Of a stretch of DNA of 64,000 nt, positions 1 through 11,959 are shown piece after piece. Made by a program: the position numbers and the translations under genes. The notes beneath the pieces were generated by a model. The model saw nothing but the letters and a program-made list of their open reading frames with translations. It was not told the origin of the DNA and searched no databases. The first letter of the stretch is position 1. Each line of letters starts with the position of its first letter. Source of the stretch: Gordius albopunctatus (Eukaryota); the NCBI GenBank assembly GCA_964276515.1, contig OZ193909.1:12958001-13022000 (forward strand), read 5' to 3'.

Positions 1-300
1 TGTTTTTAACACCCTCTAAAATTCCCGATAATAAATCTGTGAAGAACAATTATGCCTATTATATAATTCGTTTACAAGTATTCTCCAACAGTGGGATAAT
101 TAAAATCATGAATATTTAATATAATATTTTCAGAATCTTTATTATTTGTTTATTTATATCATTAGTTCAGTTTTTATCACAACGTACACTATTTTCTCAA
201 TTTCGCCGAGCTGCTTTAAATATAAGTTAACATAAAAATATGTGCTCCCGTCAAGATTCGAACATGCAATCATGCAATACCAGTTACACATATCTATAGC

Positions 301-879
301 TAGAGTCCTGTAAATTAGATTTTTTAAGGCCCGAGCCCGACCCGATTTCTTTTAAAGCGTAGTTGGTATCGGCTCAAATCCCGCTTTCGGCACTTTCATC
401 CAAAAGATTTAAAATATATCACATCTTCAACACGGCTGTCAGGCTTGGATAGCCGAGAGTCATTCCTCATCCAAATATCTAAATAAGCTGACCATCTTGT
501 GAGACAAACATTTATTGGAATGAATTGTATCTTAAACAAGAAAAAGTTTGGAATAAAATATCAAATTTTTCTTGCTACAAAATATTATTTAACTAATTAT
601 TTTAACATAATATCTAACATTATAAAATCAAATTTTATTATTATTATTAATATTAAAGATTTAATAGCTACTGTGGATATTATATAGAGAAAATTTGCAT
701 TTTTGAAAAATTATTTTGTTCATCTAAATCATGTTTTGTGAATGGGTACGGGCTTGTTTCGGGCCGGGTTCGGGCCTCGGGCTGCTCCATCAAGCCCGAC
801 CAGAATCCTGCGCGAAACTCTTTTTAGCTGGTGCTGACTTGGACTGGATAAGGCTGTGGACGGCCCGTGCAGGACTTAA
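301..879. mobile_element. hAT-type MITE (TAGAGNCCTG family)
   Basis: Left end TAGAGTCCTG and right end CAGGACTTAA (inverted repeat, 2 mismatches). Perfect 8-bp TSD TCTATAGC at 293-300 and 880-887. Subterminal CCCGA/TCGGG repeats are shared with 9804-11114 and 47064-47677. Confidence 0.85.
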
Positions 880-1057
880 TCTATAGCGTAAATACCTTAT
901 AAAGTTGACATAATCTACATTAGAATGGAGTGGGGAGGGTGCCTACAGAGCAAAAAAAAAGAATAATATGCGCATTTATAAATCAAACTATCTTTGTTTG
1001 AGGTAACATTAATTATTATTAGTTTTTTAATTTTTTATTGGGCCCATTTATAGAATA

Positions 1058-1708
1058 GGGGAGACTGGGGCTATATGTTTAAAGGCGTCATACATGTCCT
1101 CTTAAATAATTTTGCCTTCAATTTTTAATCATAATTGTACTATATTAAGGCACTAGGCATAAAAAAAATTGGGTTAAATCTTATTCAAAAAAATATACAA
1201 AAAATACGATTTACCCTTTTAAAATTTTTGAATTTTGTAAATTACTTAAAAATGATGTGTTTCTTTAACTTTTACCAAATTTCATAATAGAAAGAATGGA
1301 CTTTATCATATGATTTATGTGTAAATGTATAGTTTTGAAGAATTTAATCATCTTTGAACACAACTTAAAGTGCAATGATCATTCCGGGACTAATATATAC
1401 CTATCTCGATTACTATGTGACGAGAAAATTAACTATGGCATACTGATGAGCTCCAATAAGAGCGAAAACGTTATTGTTTTTATTCTCTAGATACTTTTTA
1501 ACTTTGAATAACAGAAGACGCCTTAGCCCCTTTTGAAGGTCACCTTAACCTCGGTCTTTTTTCAAAGTTATACGATTTGTTTTTTTTTAAACATTCGTTT
1601 TAAAATATCTATTAACTGTATTTTCCATTAGATTTTATCCTATAATTAACATTGTGGACACGAACATTTTTTAGAAGAATTATATGAAAGGCTGAAAATA
1701 TTTTTTGT
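1058..1708 (+). mobile_element. pogo/Tigger-type MITE, internally deleted, right TIR missing
   Basis: TA followed by GGGGAGACTGGGGCTA. 1058-~1405 and ~1495-1708 align by eye to the two ends of the 30828-32650 element. The right TIR was not found, so the end coordinate is approximate. Confidence 0.7.
1437..1478 (+). ncRNA. minimal type I hammerhead ribozyme (degenerate stem I)
   Basis: GGCATA-CTGATGA-GCTC(CAATAA)GAGC-GAA-AACGTT-A-TTGTT: intact CUGAUGA/GAAA core, 4-bp stem II, palindromic stem III AACGUU and a UA cleavage site. The 3' strand of stem I is decayed. Confidence 0.7.
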
Positions 1709-2019
1709 TTTATTATTTACCAATCTAATCATATTTTAATGACATCTTACTGAAAACTTTTAAGAGCAATAAAATAACATTTTTTGAATCAGTTTACTTG
1801 AAAATCTATTAAATGAATTCGTTAATAAATTTAAAAAAGCATTATCAAAAAGTTTATCCAACAAGAAAACAGATTTTTTCGATATTATTTATAAGAAATT
1901 AGATTGATTGTAAGTGAGCTATCATAAATTACAAAATTATAAATCAAATCTATAAGACACATTAGAAAAATATATGATTAAGTCCTTTGTTTTCTACCCT
2001 CAAAACAGTTCACAGCTGA

Positions 2020-2872
2020 TTATCGGCTGATTGAATTCACAATTTTGTTTTTAAAGCAATCCACTTTCAGATGGTTTAAAGATGATTTTGGTGGTGATTT
2101 ATCTGGGCAAGTAGCTTTGAATGAGGGGACAAAAGATGTAAATTCATAAATAAAGGATCCTATACTTTTATCCAACGCATCTAGGTCTGGCTCAGTGAGA
2201 TCATAAAATACTTCATCCTGATAAGGAGAAAAAGTTATTTTGTTCTTCTTAGAGCCGACTTCTGCATTTGGTTGAGTACTATCTTTAGCTCGTTCCACGG
2301 GGGAATGATCATCAATGATGTTATATTTGTAATTAAAGTCGTATTTGTATCCTAATAGTTAGTTATAAAAATCAAAAATTAAATTTCAAGTAAATTTATG
2401 ATAAGTTATAAAGACTTTAAATTAAATTTAATCTTTTACTCTGATCAATGTCGTAAAAATTGTAGTAATCTTCTCCCACTTCCGTTTTATTGTAAATCTT
2501 AGTATGGGGTTCACTTAAATCCTCCAAATCGTACACCTCGCATTTAACCAACCCCTTGGTATAATTTATTTCTTTAGATTTTTTCATATCATCTTCTAAA
2601 TTTGCTTGCGATCCGCCTAATTTTTTGTCGTTTTTAAAGGTCTTCATAGCCATTTTTTCATCAATAGTCGCAGCTCCAAGACCATCCTCTTTACTGTACG
2701 TTCTGTTAAATTCAATTTTGGCTTCGTCTATATCCGATGGTTTTCTTTCGATTTCAATTTTGGCCTGACTAGCTGCAAAATATTTGTCATATTATTTATA
2801 CAAATATACTTAAGTAGTGTAGTATAGCGAAGAGACTATTTATACATTGCGAAATAGTTAGGCGGCTTTCAT
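2020..2872 (-). CDS. orphan 3-exon gene, acidic/Lys-rich, possibly secreted; exon 1 is one base out of frame
   Basis: Exons 2772-2440 and 2351-2020 join in frame across an 88-nt GT-AG intron, merging ORFs 2417..2653 and 2020..2298. A 37-nt GT-AG intron (2809-2773) links them to a hydrophobic upstream segment. The ATG at 2872 is 1 nt out of frame. TATAAA lies at 2910-2905. No recognisable domain. Confidence 0.5.
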
Positions 2873-3461
2873 AATGTATGCGAAGCGAAAACTTAGGACA
2901 CTCATTTATAAAGTGTGTAAGTGCATATATTTGGTTTTTATATAATGGACTTAATCAAACATGTTCAAAATAATATATATTTCCCTACTGTCAACTCAAA
3001 CATTTGTAATTGATGATTTTCGCATCGCTTCGCGCTCATCACGAATGCCCATAGACTAATAGAATGCTCATTATACATCGATTCATATCTTAAACATCCA
3101 TTTGGAAATACTCTGAATCGACTACATCCATAAGATAATAAATACTATATTTCTCCCAAAATTAAATAAACCATTCTTATACCGCCAAAATTTGTACAAA
3201 CAATTCGTATTCCTTCCCAACTATTAATATTCCAAGCAATTAAGAATGCTAGCAAATGTAAGTTTAAATGAAGTAAAACTATTTTATTATATTTTTACTA
3301 ATGATTATTTACACTTCTTAACTTTTTACTTTATTTATCTCTCCTTCACAAAATATGTATTTTTAATTGCTATGCAATTTATGGGGTCGTTTTTTGTTGT
3401 CCGTCCGTCCGTTACCCTGCAATTTATTTACACCAGCTTCCCGACCTCGACGTTCGTGTTC

Positions 3462-4270
3462 AATCCCGCGAGAGGACAAAAAATTTTTTAAATTTTTTAA
3501 ATTAAATTTATACTTTGTTCTTGTTAATACCATTTATAATATGACTTTTTGACCGTCCGCTGGCTGCTAACCAATGAAAAAAATGACCATTGGCCAAATA
3601 AATCGAAATTTTTTTTTCGTTTTTGAATTGGATAATAACATTGATAATTACCCTATGCCCTCCACTACAAGGGCCTATGCCTCTACTGATATGGGTCCCT
3701 GTGGCCCTACAAAAGCCTATACCTCTATTAATGTGGGTTCGAATCCCGGAGAGGGCAAAATTTTTATTTTTTTTAAATTAAATTAATATATTTTTCTTGT
3801 TAATACCATTGATAATATGACTTTTTGACCGTGCCCTGGCTACTGACCAATTAAAAAAATAACCATTAATAAAATTGTGTTTCGAAATTTTTTGTTTTTG
3901 TTTTTGAATTGGTATATTAGGTTAACCTTGATAATTACCCTATGCCCTCCCCTACAAGGGCCTATGCCTCTACTGATATGGGTCCCTGTGGCCCTACAAA
4001 AGCCTATACCTCTATTAATGTGGGTTCGAATCCCGGAGAGGGCAAAATTTTTATTTTTTTTAAATTAAATTAATATATTTTTCTTGTTAATACCATTGAT
4101 AATATGACTTTTTGACTGTGCCCTGGCTACTGACCAATGAAAAAATGACCATTGGCCCAAATTGTGATTCGAAATTTTTTTTTCGTTTTTTTTGACTCGT
4201 ATGTATTTATAGACCGTCTTTTGGTACTGACCAATAAACAAATAGAACCATTAGCCAAATTGTTTCAAGT
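3462..4270 (+). repeat. tandem repeat, ~285-bp unit, ~2.8 copies, carrying a B-box-like motif
   Basis: GTGGGTTCGAATCCCGGAGAGGGCAAAA at 3733 and 4020 (period 287), with a degenerate copy at ~3455. ORFs 3574..3786 and 3877..4068 are translations of this repeat. Confidence 0.9.
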
Positions 4271-4686
4271 AAAGGCTAAAATTTTAAAATGCTTTTCCCA
4301 AAATCATTATAAAAAAATACTGAAACAAATTTTTGAATATTTTGCTAATTAGTTATTTATTTTATGATCAAATAACGTCTATTGCTGAAGTGTTTTAAAT
4401 TTGAATGACGATCTGCCCACTGTATAATTTAACTAATGTTATATAAATGTTTTCAAAATCGATAGGCTCACATTGAGCAATTTTTGCATGTAAATCAATC
4501 TCCATGCTAATGTTAAATTTATAGTTTTTGCATCCACTGCAACAATCCTTATTTTTTAATATTTTTCAGCAACTTTGGTTTTTTCGTATTCAAAGTTGTT
4601 TGGCTATATCCCCTAACTAATTTTTTGTTTCTTTGCTTAATAAACTTGATTTTTCTTTTCATGGGAAAGGCAGAAATTAAATAAAA

Positions 4687-4851
4687 CATGGGGGAGGGGC
4701 AAAAGTCCAGATATGATTTAATATGAGTGGGTGGAATGAGGACTTTGAAAAATCATCAATAATTTATTAAATATATAGAAACTTATAAATTTGGAGGGGA
4801 GTAGCTGCCCCCCCTCCCTAACTCATTTTTATCTTCTTAATAATGCCCATG
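4687..4851. mobile_element. degenerate CATGGGCGTAGCC-family MITE
   Basis: CATGGG...GCCCATG ends and an internal GGGGAGTAGCTGCCCCCCC motif, as in the copies at 27635, 53038, 60991 and 62336. Confidence 0.45.
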
Positions 4852-6259
4852 ATTTGTTTTGCACTTAAAAAATTGCACTATTTTGAATATATGAATGAAC
4901 CACAACTTCCCTTTTGTTGCCACGCTTTGTGACCGAGATTTTATATCGGAAAATCTTCATATCGCCCCTTTTAAGATTCATCAGTTAAGTTACTTGTGCA
5001 ACTAACTTTCCCCTTCCCACTCTATCAAATAAAATCAATAATATAAGTTATATACTTCGTGGGGGTATTCGTTTTCCTTACCCATGGGACGTAATCGATT
5101 GAGGGGTGGAGACGTAGTTTGTTTAACAAATATTGATAAAATTCACTACCTAATTATCATTATTACTGTTATTATTGATTGGAATGCGGTTGAGGAGAAA
5201 GCGTGATTATCATGTCATTGATCCACATTTTATTCCTCACCGCAATTTGTCTGAAAGATGTATTTCGGTATATTTGTTAAGTTTATGAGGTCAGTAATTA
5301 TTTTTCCTACGTTTTCTGGGCGATAAGCCCTAACAAACAAAATTGTTTAGAAGGTTTTGCTTTGATTTATTTATTTACTAATTTTAATTTTAAACTTGGC
5401 ACGAAATAGTCAATATTCAAATTTTTTTATTAAGTTTAGATTTCTATGTCTTGGCTCCTTACCGATTTAAATTAGTGAACTTTTATGAACACATGAGATC
5501 TATTTAATTTAATCATAAAGTCGAGTACTCAAAGTGCCAATTTTTATTAATGTATATATACACCTTGAAAGCGAGGGGATAGGGTAAATGTAAGAATTGT
5601 CATAGCAAAGTAAAAACATAATTGTAAAATTTGATATATTCTTCATTCAATGAGTAATTAATGGAAACCAAACACGTTTTTTAGACGACTTCACAATTAT
5701 CCGATATCGTTGCGAAACTGGTAAGGCTTATAAGGCTTAACAGTAATACATATTTTCCAAATTTGATAATAATTATAACTAAGGCTATTAAGTTGAAACT
5801 TGATATAATTTTTAATTCAAACTTCCTCCCCCCACATGTCTATGCCTGCAAGCCATCCTCTATAAACACATATTTTTTTCTCCCCTTATCCAACAACGCT
5901 AGAATAAATTTATTTACCCAATTAAAATCCCGGAAGGACAAAATTTTTTAATTAAATGGAAAATTTGTGTTATAAATAATTAACTACTTATTTTGCGCAT
6001 TCTCGCCCCTTCGCACCTTTCTCGCCCATAAATTGCATAGCAAATATGCTAGGTTTATACGGAATATAGAAGAGTTCCCCCTTCCCCTACTCCCATTCCA
6101 CCCTTCCCCTTCCCACGAGGCCGATGGCCCGAGTTATTAATCAAATCTAAAAAAAGAGTAACAATATTTACTTTCATTCCGCTAAGTGAAATTAAAAGAA
6201 ACTAGGCAATTAACTTTGATATTCCAATTTACTAATATATCATAAATTTGTAAAAAAAA

Positions 6260-6385
6260 GTAACTGTAACTTTAATGAACAGTTACTTAAAAATAATGTA
6301 ACAAACTAGAGTCGATTAAAGTAACTATTTACAATTACTTATGTTAAGAAAAGAGACTAGTTCCAGGAACTGGTTTGTAATTTGA
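6260..6385. repeat. GTAACT/AGTTAC-rich DNA transposon remnant
   Basis: Clustered GTAACT/AGTTAC motifs and ACTAGTTCCAGGAACT; a reverse-complement counterpart lies at ~18385-18520. Confidence 0.45.
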
Positions 6386-6811
6386 CCACACAGTTTATTG
6401 GGAGCCACTTCGATTAAATTAAATCACTATTTATATTATATTTACTAAATTTTAATTAGTGAGCAATTGTTATAAGTATAAACCGACTCAAAAAGCATTT
6501 AGAATTCAAATGATATTTTATAACTTTTAAGATCAACAAAACGTTGATTTTTCATGCTAAAATATATAATTGTAATCCAATGATGACATAATTTAATATA
6601 TAAGTTAATTTTAGGGCTGCAAAAAGTCATATAATATTTTTACTTTAGAAGTCGATTTTGTATTCCAACATATGAAATTCTAATATAAAAAACCCTAAAT
6701 GAGTCTCTAACTTAACTCATTTTTTACCATTAACTTAATATTTTATTATCGTTCCTTAGGACCTTTTTTAGAGTAACTAAGCTTTTTTTAGCATTAAAAG
6801 AATAGCCCTTG

Positions 6812-7018
6812 TCAAAAAAAAAAGTTTTTACTTTTATCATATTTGTTACCTTTTAAATTGTGTACGTAAACGTTAGGCTTTTGGTCAATATGATGAGGTT
6901 TGCGTTTCCGACGGCAGAAGTACACTATAATAAATACTGTGATGCCCCCAATTATGAAAATTAAGAGACTTATCCAAACTATAATCCAGAATCTTTTAGT
7001 GTGTTCATCAAAGACCAT
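6812..7018 (-). CDS. candidate single-pass membrane microprotein (68 aa)
   Basis: MVFDEHTKR, then ~25 hydrophobic residues, then CRRKRK: one TM helix with a positive-inside cluster and a juxtamembrane Cys. TATAAA on the minus strand at 7102-7097. No homology recognised. Confidence 0.4.
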   Translation of the reverse strand: MVFDEHTKRFWIIVWISLLIFIIGGITVFIIVYFCRRKRKPHHIDQKPNVYVHNLKGNKYDKSKNFFF

Positions 7019-7934
7019 TAGATGCAGATGAGGGTAGAATGTTCATTTTCATAGACTTTCGATCAATTTTAAGACTTTAATGTCATCGATCTTCACTTTA
7101 TATAAGAATAATAATGTCTTGTAATGCTAAAGTAACTTATGACCATGGAGCAGTGATTTGAAATTTCCATTTGTGAAAATATATTAGAATGAATGAAAAT
7201 TGAATTTTGAGTTATAATTAAAATGTATTAGGTCTATGTCTAATAATGATAACATTATGTGCGTTAAATAATAAATTAAATTAAATATAATGAGCCTATT
7301 AATGTAAAAAATAAAGTGAATTCAATTGTTGCCTAAATTTGCCGACATTGTTATTGGATGTGTTGTTATTCAAATCCTCAGTAAAAAATTCAAGAATGCT
7401 CGCAACCATTTTACGAATTTGGTAAGTAATAGCTTTTAACATGTTAGTAATTTATTAATGTGCTTAGTTAGTGGAAAATTCAAAAATGCTCAGTATTTAT
7501 TTTTGAGAGTAACCTTTTATAATTCTTGTGTTGACAAAAAAAATTCATTTTTTTAGATTTCTATGCAGACATTTACAATTTAGGACATGTGCGTCTGAGA
7601 TTGTGGGTTCGAATCTCGGTTTACATATATACCACAACTAATTATAAATTATTTAAGCGATGTTCGCCGAATAGAGATATATCTGAATGAATCAATTTTA
7701 AAAGGAAAAATACTCAACAACACTGGTATAAAAATTAAATTATGTGCACAATAATTCCTTATTATTCTTTCAAATTTATGAAGGCAAAAATTGTTGGGAG
7801 TCATGTAATGTATAATAAAATTTTGTTTTTTGAAAACATTCTTTGTACAAAACAATTGTGCTGGTTATGTAAACTACTAGTTTAACATTTTCACTGAAGC
7901 CCACATGCACGCTATTTGTTGATAAAGGCCGTAT

Positions 7935-9010
7935 TGATGTAATGTTAATTATTTTCTAATAATGACTGTACGTTGTCGTAAACCTACTTTACGAGCTAAA
8001 AGCGCTAGAATGGAATACTTACAAGAATAGACTCTCAACCGTTCTAAAATGTCATTAATTCGAAAATTTTGAATTAATAAAAAACAACAACAGCTCCTTA
8101 AATCAGCAGTTAACGATTATCAATCGTCGTCTGCGTTTTCCATTCCTGGGTATCCAAAAGTGTGGCGGCATTTTAATGGGAATTACCGTTCTTCTACCTA
8201 TCCGACAGCCTTTCGCATCTAATAGAGGTCCCGGGCGGGGTTTTCCCCGGGATTCCATGTAGCACCACCTGATATCCCTATTTATCTTCGCCCAGATATT
8301 TGATATTAAATTTGGGCTTTTGTACCATTCCGGTCGATTTGACTTTGACGGTAAACAGCCGGATCCACCCAAGGTCACCTTTCTTAAACTTGGTTTCCTT
8401 TAATACCTTGCCCACATCCTCATTTTTAAAGAAGTAAAGCCAGCACCTGCTCCTTCTACCCAAGAACCTTTCATTAGGTGACTTTTCTCCTTCCTTCATG
8501 GTGCTATTGTACATCATTTTCATCCTCCATAACTGTCCCCCATCGGCTTCTTCCTTTTTAAACAAACCTTTCACTATTACCATCATTCTTTCCTCTTGGC
8601 CATTTAATTGAGGATAGTATTAAGCCGTCACTTCATGCCTCACTCCTTGTTCAAGATAAAAAGTTCTTAATTCCTTAATGAAAGCGGGGTCCCCATCTTA
8701 CAAAAATTTTATGGACAACCCATACTTTCAAAACAACCATTTTATTATGCTAATAACAACCTATCCCCTTATTCTACTTACTTTGAAGAATTCTATCCAC
8801 TTCGAATAAACGTCTACCACAAATAAGAACGCTTTATTTTTCCACTCAAAGAAATCCATGAATCCTCTCCCAGGCTTCTGCTGCTAATTTTCACTTACCC
8901 TTCCTACCACCACAAGCATGTCATCCATAACATTTCATTCTTCACATGCTTTGGCCAAATCCTCGATATCCTCGGTCATTTAGGCCATCACATATATTCT
9001 CGCGATCATT
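7935..9010 (-). mobile_element. decayed Ty3/gypsy 3' fragment (integrase plus probable 3' LTR)
   Basis: Broken minus-strand frames give WPKMTEDIEDLAKAC, WERIH-DFFEWK, FLFVVDVYSKWIE and SPNERFLGR, all rve integrase motifs. These are followed by a short purine tract and a TG...CA segment at ~8092-7935. Confidence 0.65.
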
Positions 9011-9199
9011 GTTTCATAGCATAGAAAACCTTTTAAGCTTTACTTTTTGAAATCTTAAGTATTGCTATCCGTGACCTTTCATTCTTTTTGACTTTTAAAT
9101 ACAACTTTTATTTATTAAGTTATTGTATATTAAATAATTGCTTTGGGCGGGGGCAGGATTTTTATCGCCCTTGACCCCCCATTAGCTTTGCCACTGAAA

Positions 9200-9745
9200 A
9201 AAGATTACACGAAGACAAATTTTAAATCAGATTAAAACCAGCCACGAACATCTCTTACTTTAGGCGAATGGGAACTTACAAGCGTTGATTTTTTCAAATA
9301 TCTAATCAACACCTCAAGCATGGTGAAATGGTAAAGAAATTTTAGCAAGGATAAATTCCGGATGGCTCGAATGGAGAAACAGGCGTTATGTGTGACATAA
9401 ACATCCCAAGAATACTTAAAGGTACCCTGTATAGGTCCATCATATAGCCAACAGTATGTTATAGCTCGCAATCATAGGTTATACGTATGAGGGAAGAGCA
9501 ACGCCTAGCATTCATGAAGATGTGAATGCTAAGATGGATGCTAGGAGTAAGCGAAGAAGAACATAAACAAAATAAAGAAATAATGAGAAATTCGGGCAAA
9601 ACATCTATGAAGATAAAGCTCGTAACAAACAGACTAAGATGGTATGATGACCATGTCGAGGAAAGGGACAACAGCTAGGTCGGAAAGAAAATTGAGAAGA
9701 TAAATTTTGCAGTAAAACGAAAAAGAGGAAGGCCCAAGCTTCGTG
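9200..9745 (+). mobile_element. RTE-clade LINE 3' fragment, degraded
   Basis: Remnant peptides VDFFKYL, ARINSGWLEW, MLRWMLGVS, TNRLRWY and RKRGRPKL; same family as 41907-43880. Start coordinate approximate. Confidence 0.75.
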
Positions 9746-9786
9746 GAATTGTAGTAACCACTACTGCTTAATTGATTGTTTGCGGC

Positions 9787-11959
9787 TAGTGATGTCTTGC
9801 AGCTAGAGCCCTGAAAAATTGAATTTAATCGGCCCGAGCCCGACCCGAGGCCGAAACTTTTTTTTATTTTTTGCCCGACCCGAGCCCGATTTGTTTTTTT
9901 CACTCAGGCCCGACCCGAGCCCGGCCCGACTTTTGTAAAAATGTAAATTTGTACCAATTTTATTTCAAAAATTTATTTATAAATATATTACGTATCGCGA
10001 ATATTATGTGATTTAAAATATGAATAATTATGGTAAATAAATAGAGTGGAGTCTAATTTCTCGGGTTTTAACGAAGTCCTTCTCTCTTCGTAAGCTCGCT
10101 CAGCTGTAGAAAAGGCTCGCTCACTGCTAGCTGATGTAGCAGGTATTGCCAAATACTTTCCAGCCAAATTTCTCAAACAAGGAAATTCACTCTGATACAT
10201 CTTCCACCATTCCAAAACTTCCATACCATCAATATAATTCGTATTTAAATATTTATGTAATTTCCTCAGCTTCGTTATCTATTCTGGGCTATTCCCAACT
10301 ACTAAAATCTAAAAATTCTTCCTCCATTATATTATCTAGAAAAATAATAAGCAAATTAAAAAATTACCATGCTCGACGGCTATACTAGGCGTAACTGTAT
10401 TGACCGGAGGATTAGCCTTAATCTTTTCCTCCATAATTACTAAATTTCGTATATGATGACAAATGTCATCAAATTCATAGCGAGGCAGCATTATTAAATT
10501 TCGATACTTTGGATTTAATAATGCGGATAATTTATGAATAATATAAAGTTCAAATTTTGAATTTAAAAACGCAAGGGACTTTTTGGCCAAAGTATTAAAC
10601 TCTTCGCTAAAAAAGGGTTTTTCAAACATTCGATTAGTCTGTAATAACAATACTGAAAAATTATGTAGGGGGCGGCGTTCTTGATTCAAGTTCAACATCA
10701 AATCCAACCCCCCCCACCTCTCCCTTTCTCCCAACCTAACAACTTACCCCTAATAAATCATTCTTACATACATTATAAAACTATATCAACATAGGCATAC
10801 ACATAAAACACACACAGTCTATTGTCTAAATATATTCTCTATGTAGGAATAGGGTTTAAAAACACGCAACGCGTCTAAATCAAAAACTTAAAATCAAACA
10901 AATTAATATATGGGGGGTAGTTAAATTCTAAATATTTATTTGTAGGGGGATTATTTTGTATTGTAATTATATTTTGGATTAATATTTATTCAAATTTTTT
11001 TTCGGGCTCGGGCCACGGGTCGGGCTGGCCCATCAGGCCCGATCCAAGCTCGAGGCCCGATCAATGTTTTAAAATTTGCCCGAGCCCGGCCCGGACGGCC
11101 CGTGCAGGGCTCTACTTGCAGCGCGCCGTTTCAGACCAGCGCTTTAATAGGAAAAAAGAGCGAAGCGAAAAAAGTGAGGTGAATTTTTGGGCTAATTTAT
11201 CAAAATTTTAATTATTTTTTCTTAATATCTTTATATTCATCGTGAAATTTATCATATATCAATTGTATTGCACGAATATCATTAGTAAGATCGTAATTAT
11301 GCTATAAACATATAAAATTATATTAAAAATACTTACAACCAAATTCAATATTTTAACCATCGTACGAAAAGTACAAAATGATTTATATCTTATTTTCGTT
11401 CGCTTTTTGCCGCGGGCTAAAATAATTCTCTGCGGTTTCACTATGAACGCCTCTTATTCCGAATATGACTGTGAAAATGGCTATGAAAAAAACTTGTTTG
11501 AACATTTATTTCCCGTGGAAACACCAGACCGCCCCAGGAAGTAGATAACTAAGCGATTATTATAATGTCTCATTCTATATAAAATTAATACTTTTATCAT
11601 TTATCATATTTATCTAAAATTTTATGATTAGCAAAGTCTTATCTTAGTTAATTCAATATTAGTTTACACTTTATATATAGGATAGCTTAGATTAAGAAAT
11701 TTGACTGCACTGCACGCACAACAGCACACATAGTGTTGATGATGATGACAATAACAACTAGCTAACACCCCCTTAGCATATATCTAAGGTCCAATGGGTC
11801 TCTATGAAAAAATAATAGACTATCTAATGGTTGGTATTCAGCATACCCACACTGAATGTCTTCACAAGAAAATGAGACTAAAAAGTGTGGGTGTGGCTCT
11901 TTTTCATGAGACTACAATACCCCCTCAGCAGACCCTAGGGCGCGCCAGTCACAACACTA
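9787..11959. mobile_element. hAT-type non-autonomous element (TAGTGATG family) hosting a nested hAT
   Basis: Ends TAGTGATG and CAACACTA. 8-bp TSD TTTGCGGC/CTCGCGGC (2 transitions). After removing 9804-11122, the left end and 11760-11910 align in reverse complement to 27100-27508. Confidence 0.65.
9804..11114 (-). mobile_element. internally deleted hAT transposon with C-terminal transposase remnant
   Basis: Perfect TIR TAGAGCCCTG/CAGGGCTCTA and perfect 8-bp TSD CTTGCAGC. ORF 9988..10224 encodes the hAT dimerisation domain (LEWWK...LAIPATSASSERAFS); 10336..10734 contains ALLNPKYR. Confidence 0.95.

Larger units (their letters stand above)
3367..6043. mobile_element. putative HINE/DINE-1-like (Helentron-associated) or TIR element
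   Basis: Perfect 19-bp inverted repeat TTGCTATGCAATTTATGGG at 3367-3385 and 6025-6043, each copy containing a hairpin. A GTCC microsatellite follows the left copy, and there is an internal tandem array. No TSD seen. Confidence 0.4.

Noticed and set aside
241..292. Minus-strand GTTCGAATC (tRNA T-arm-like) next to the hAT insertion; similar motif at 7603-7620
   Set aside because: No cloverleaf, acceptor stem or A-box could be built; at most SINE debris, not tRNA genes.
499..687. Ile/Asn/Lys-rich short ORFs here and in many AT-rich intervals
   Set aside because: Composition expected from AT-rich non-coding or MITE sequence, often with non-ATG starts and no splice or domain support.
4955..4990. 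Minus-strand CTGATGA...GGGGCGATA, hammerhead-like
   Set aside because: GAAA is GATA, stem II is mostly G-U with a mismatched closing pair, and stems I and III are absent.
9634..9903. 89-aa Ser/Gly-rich minus-strand ORF
   Set aside because: Spans the junction of an RTE fragment and two hAT ends, so it is a chance frame.
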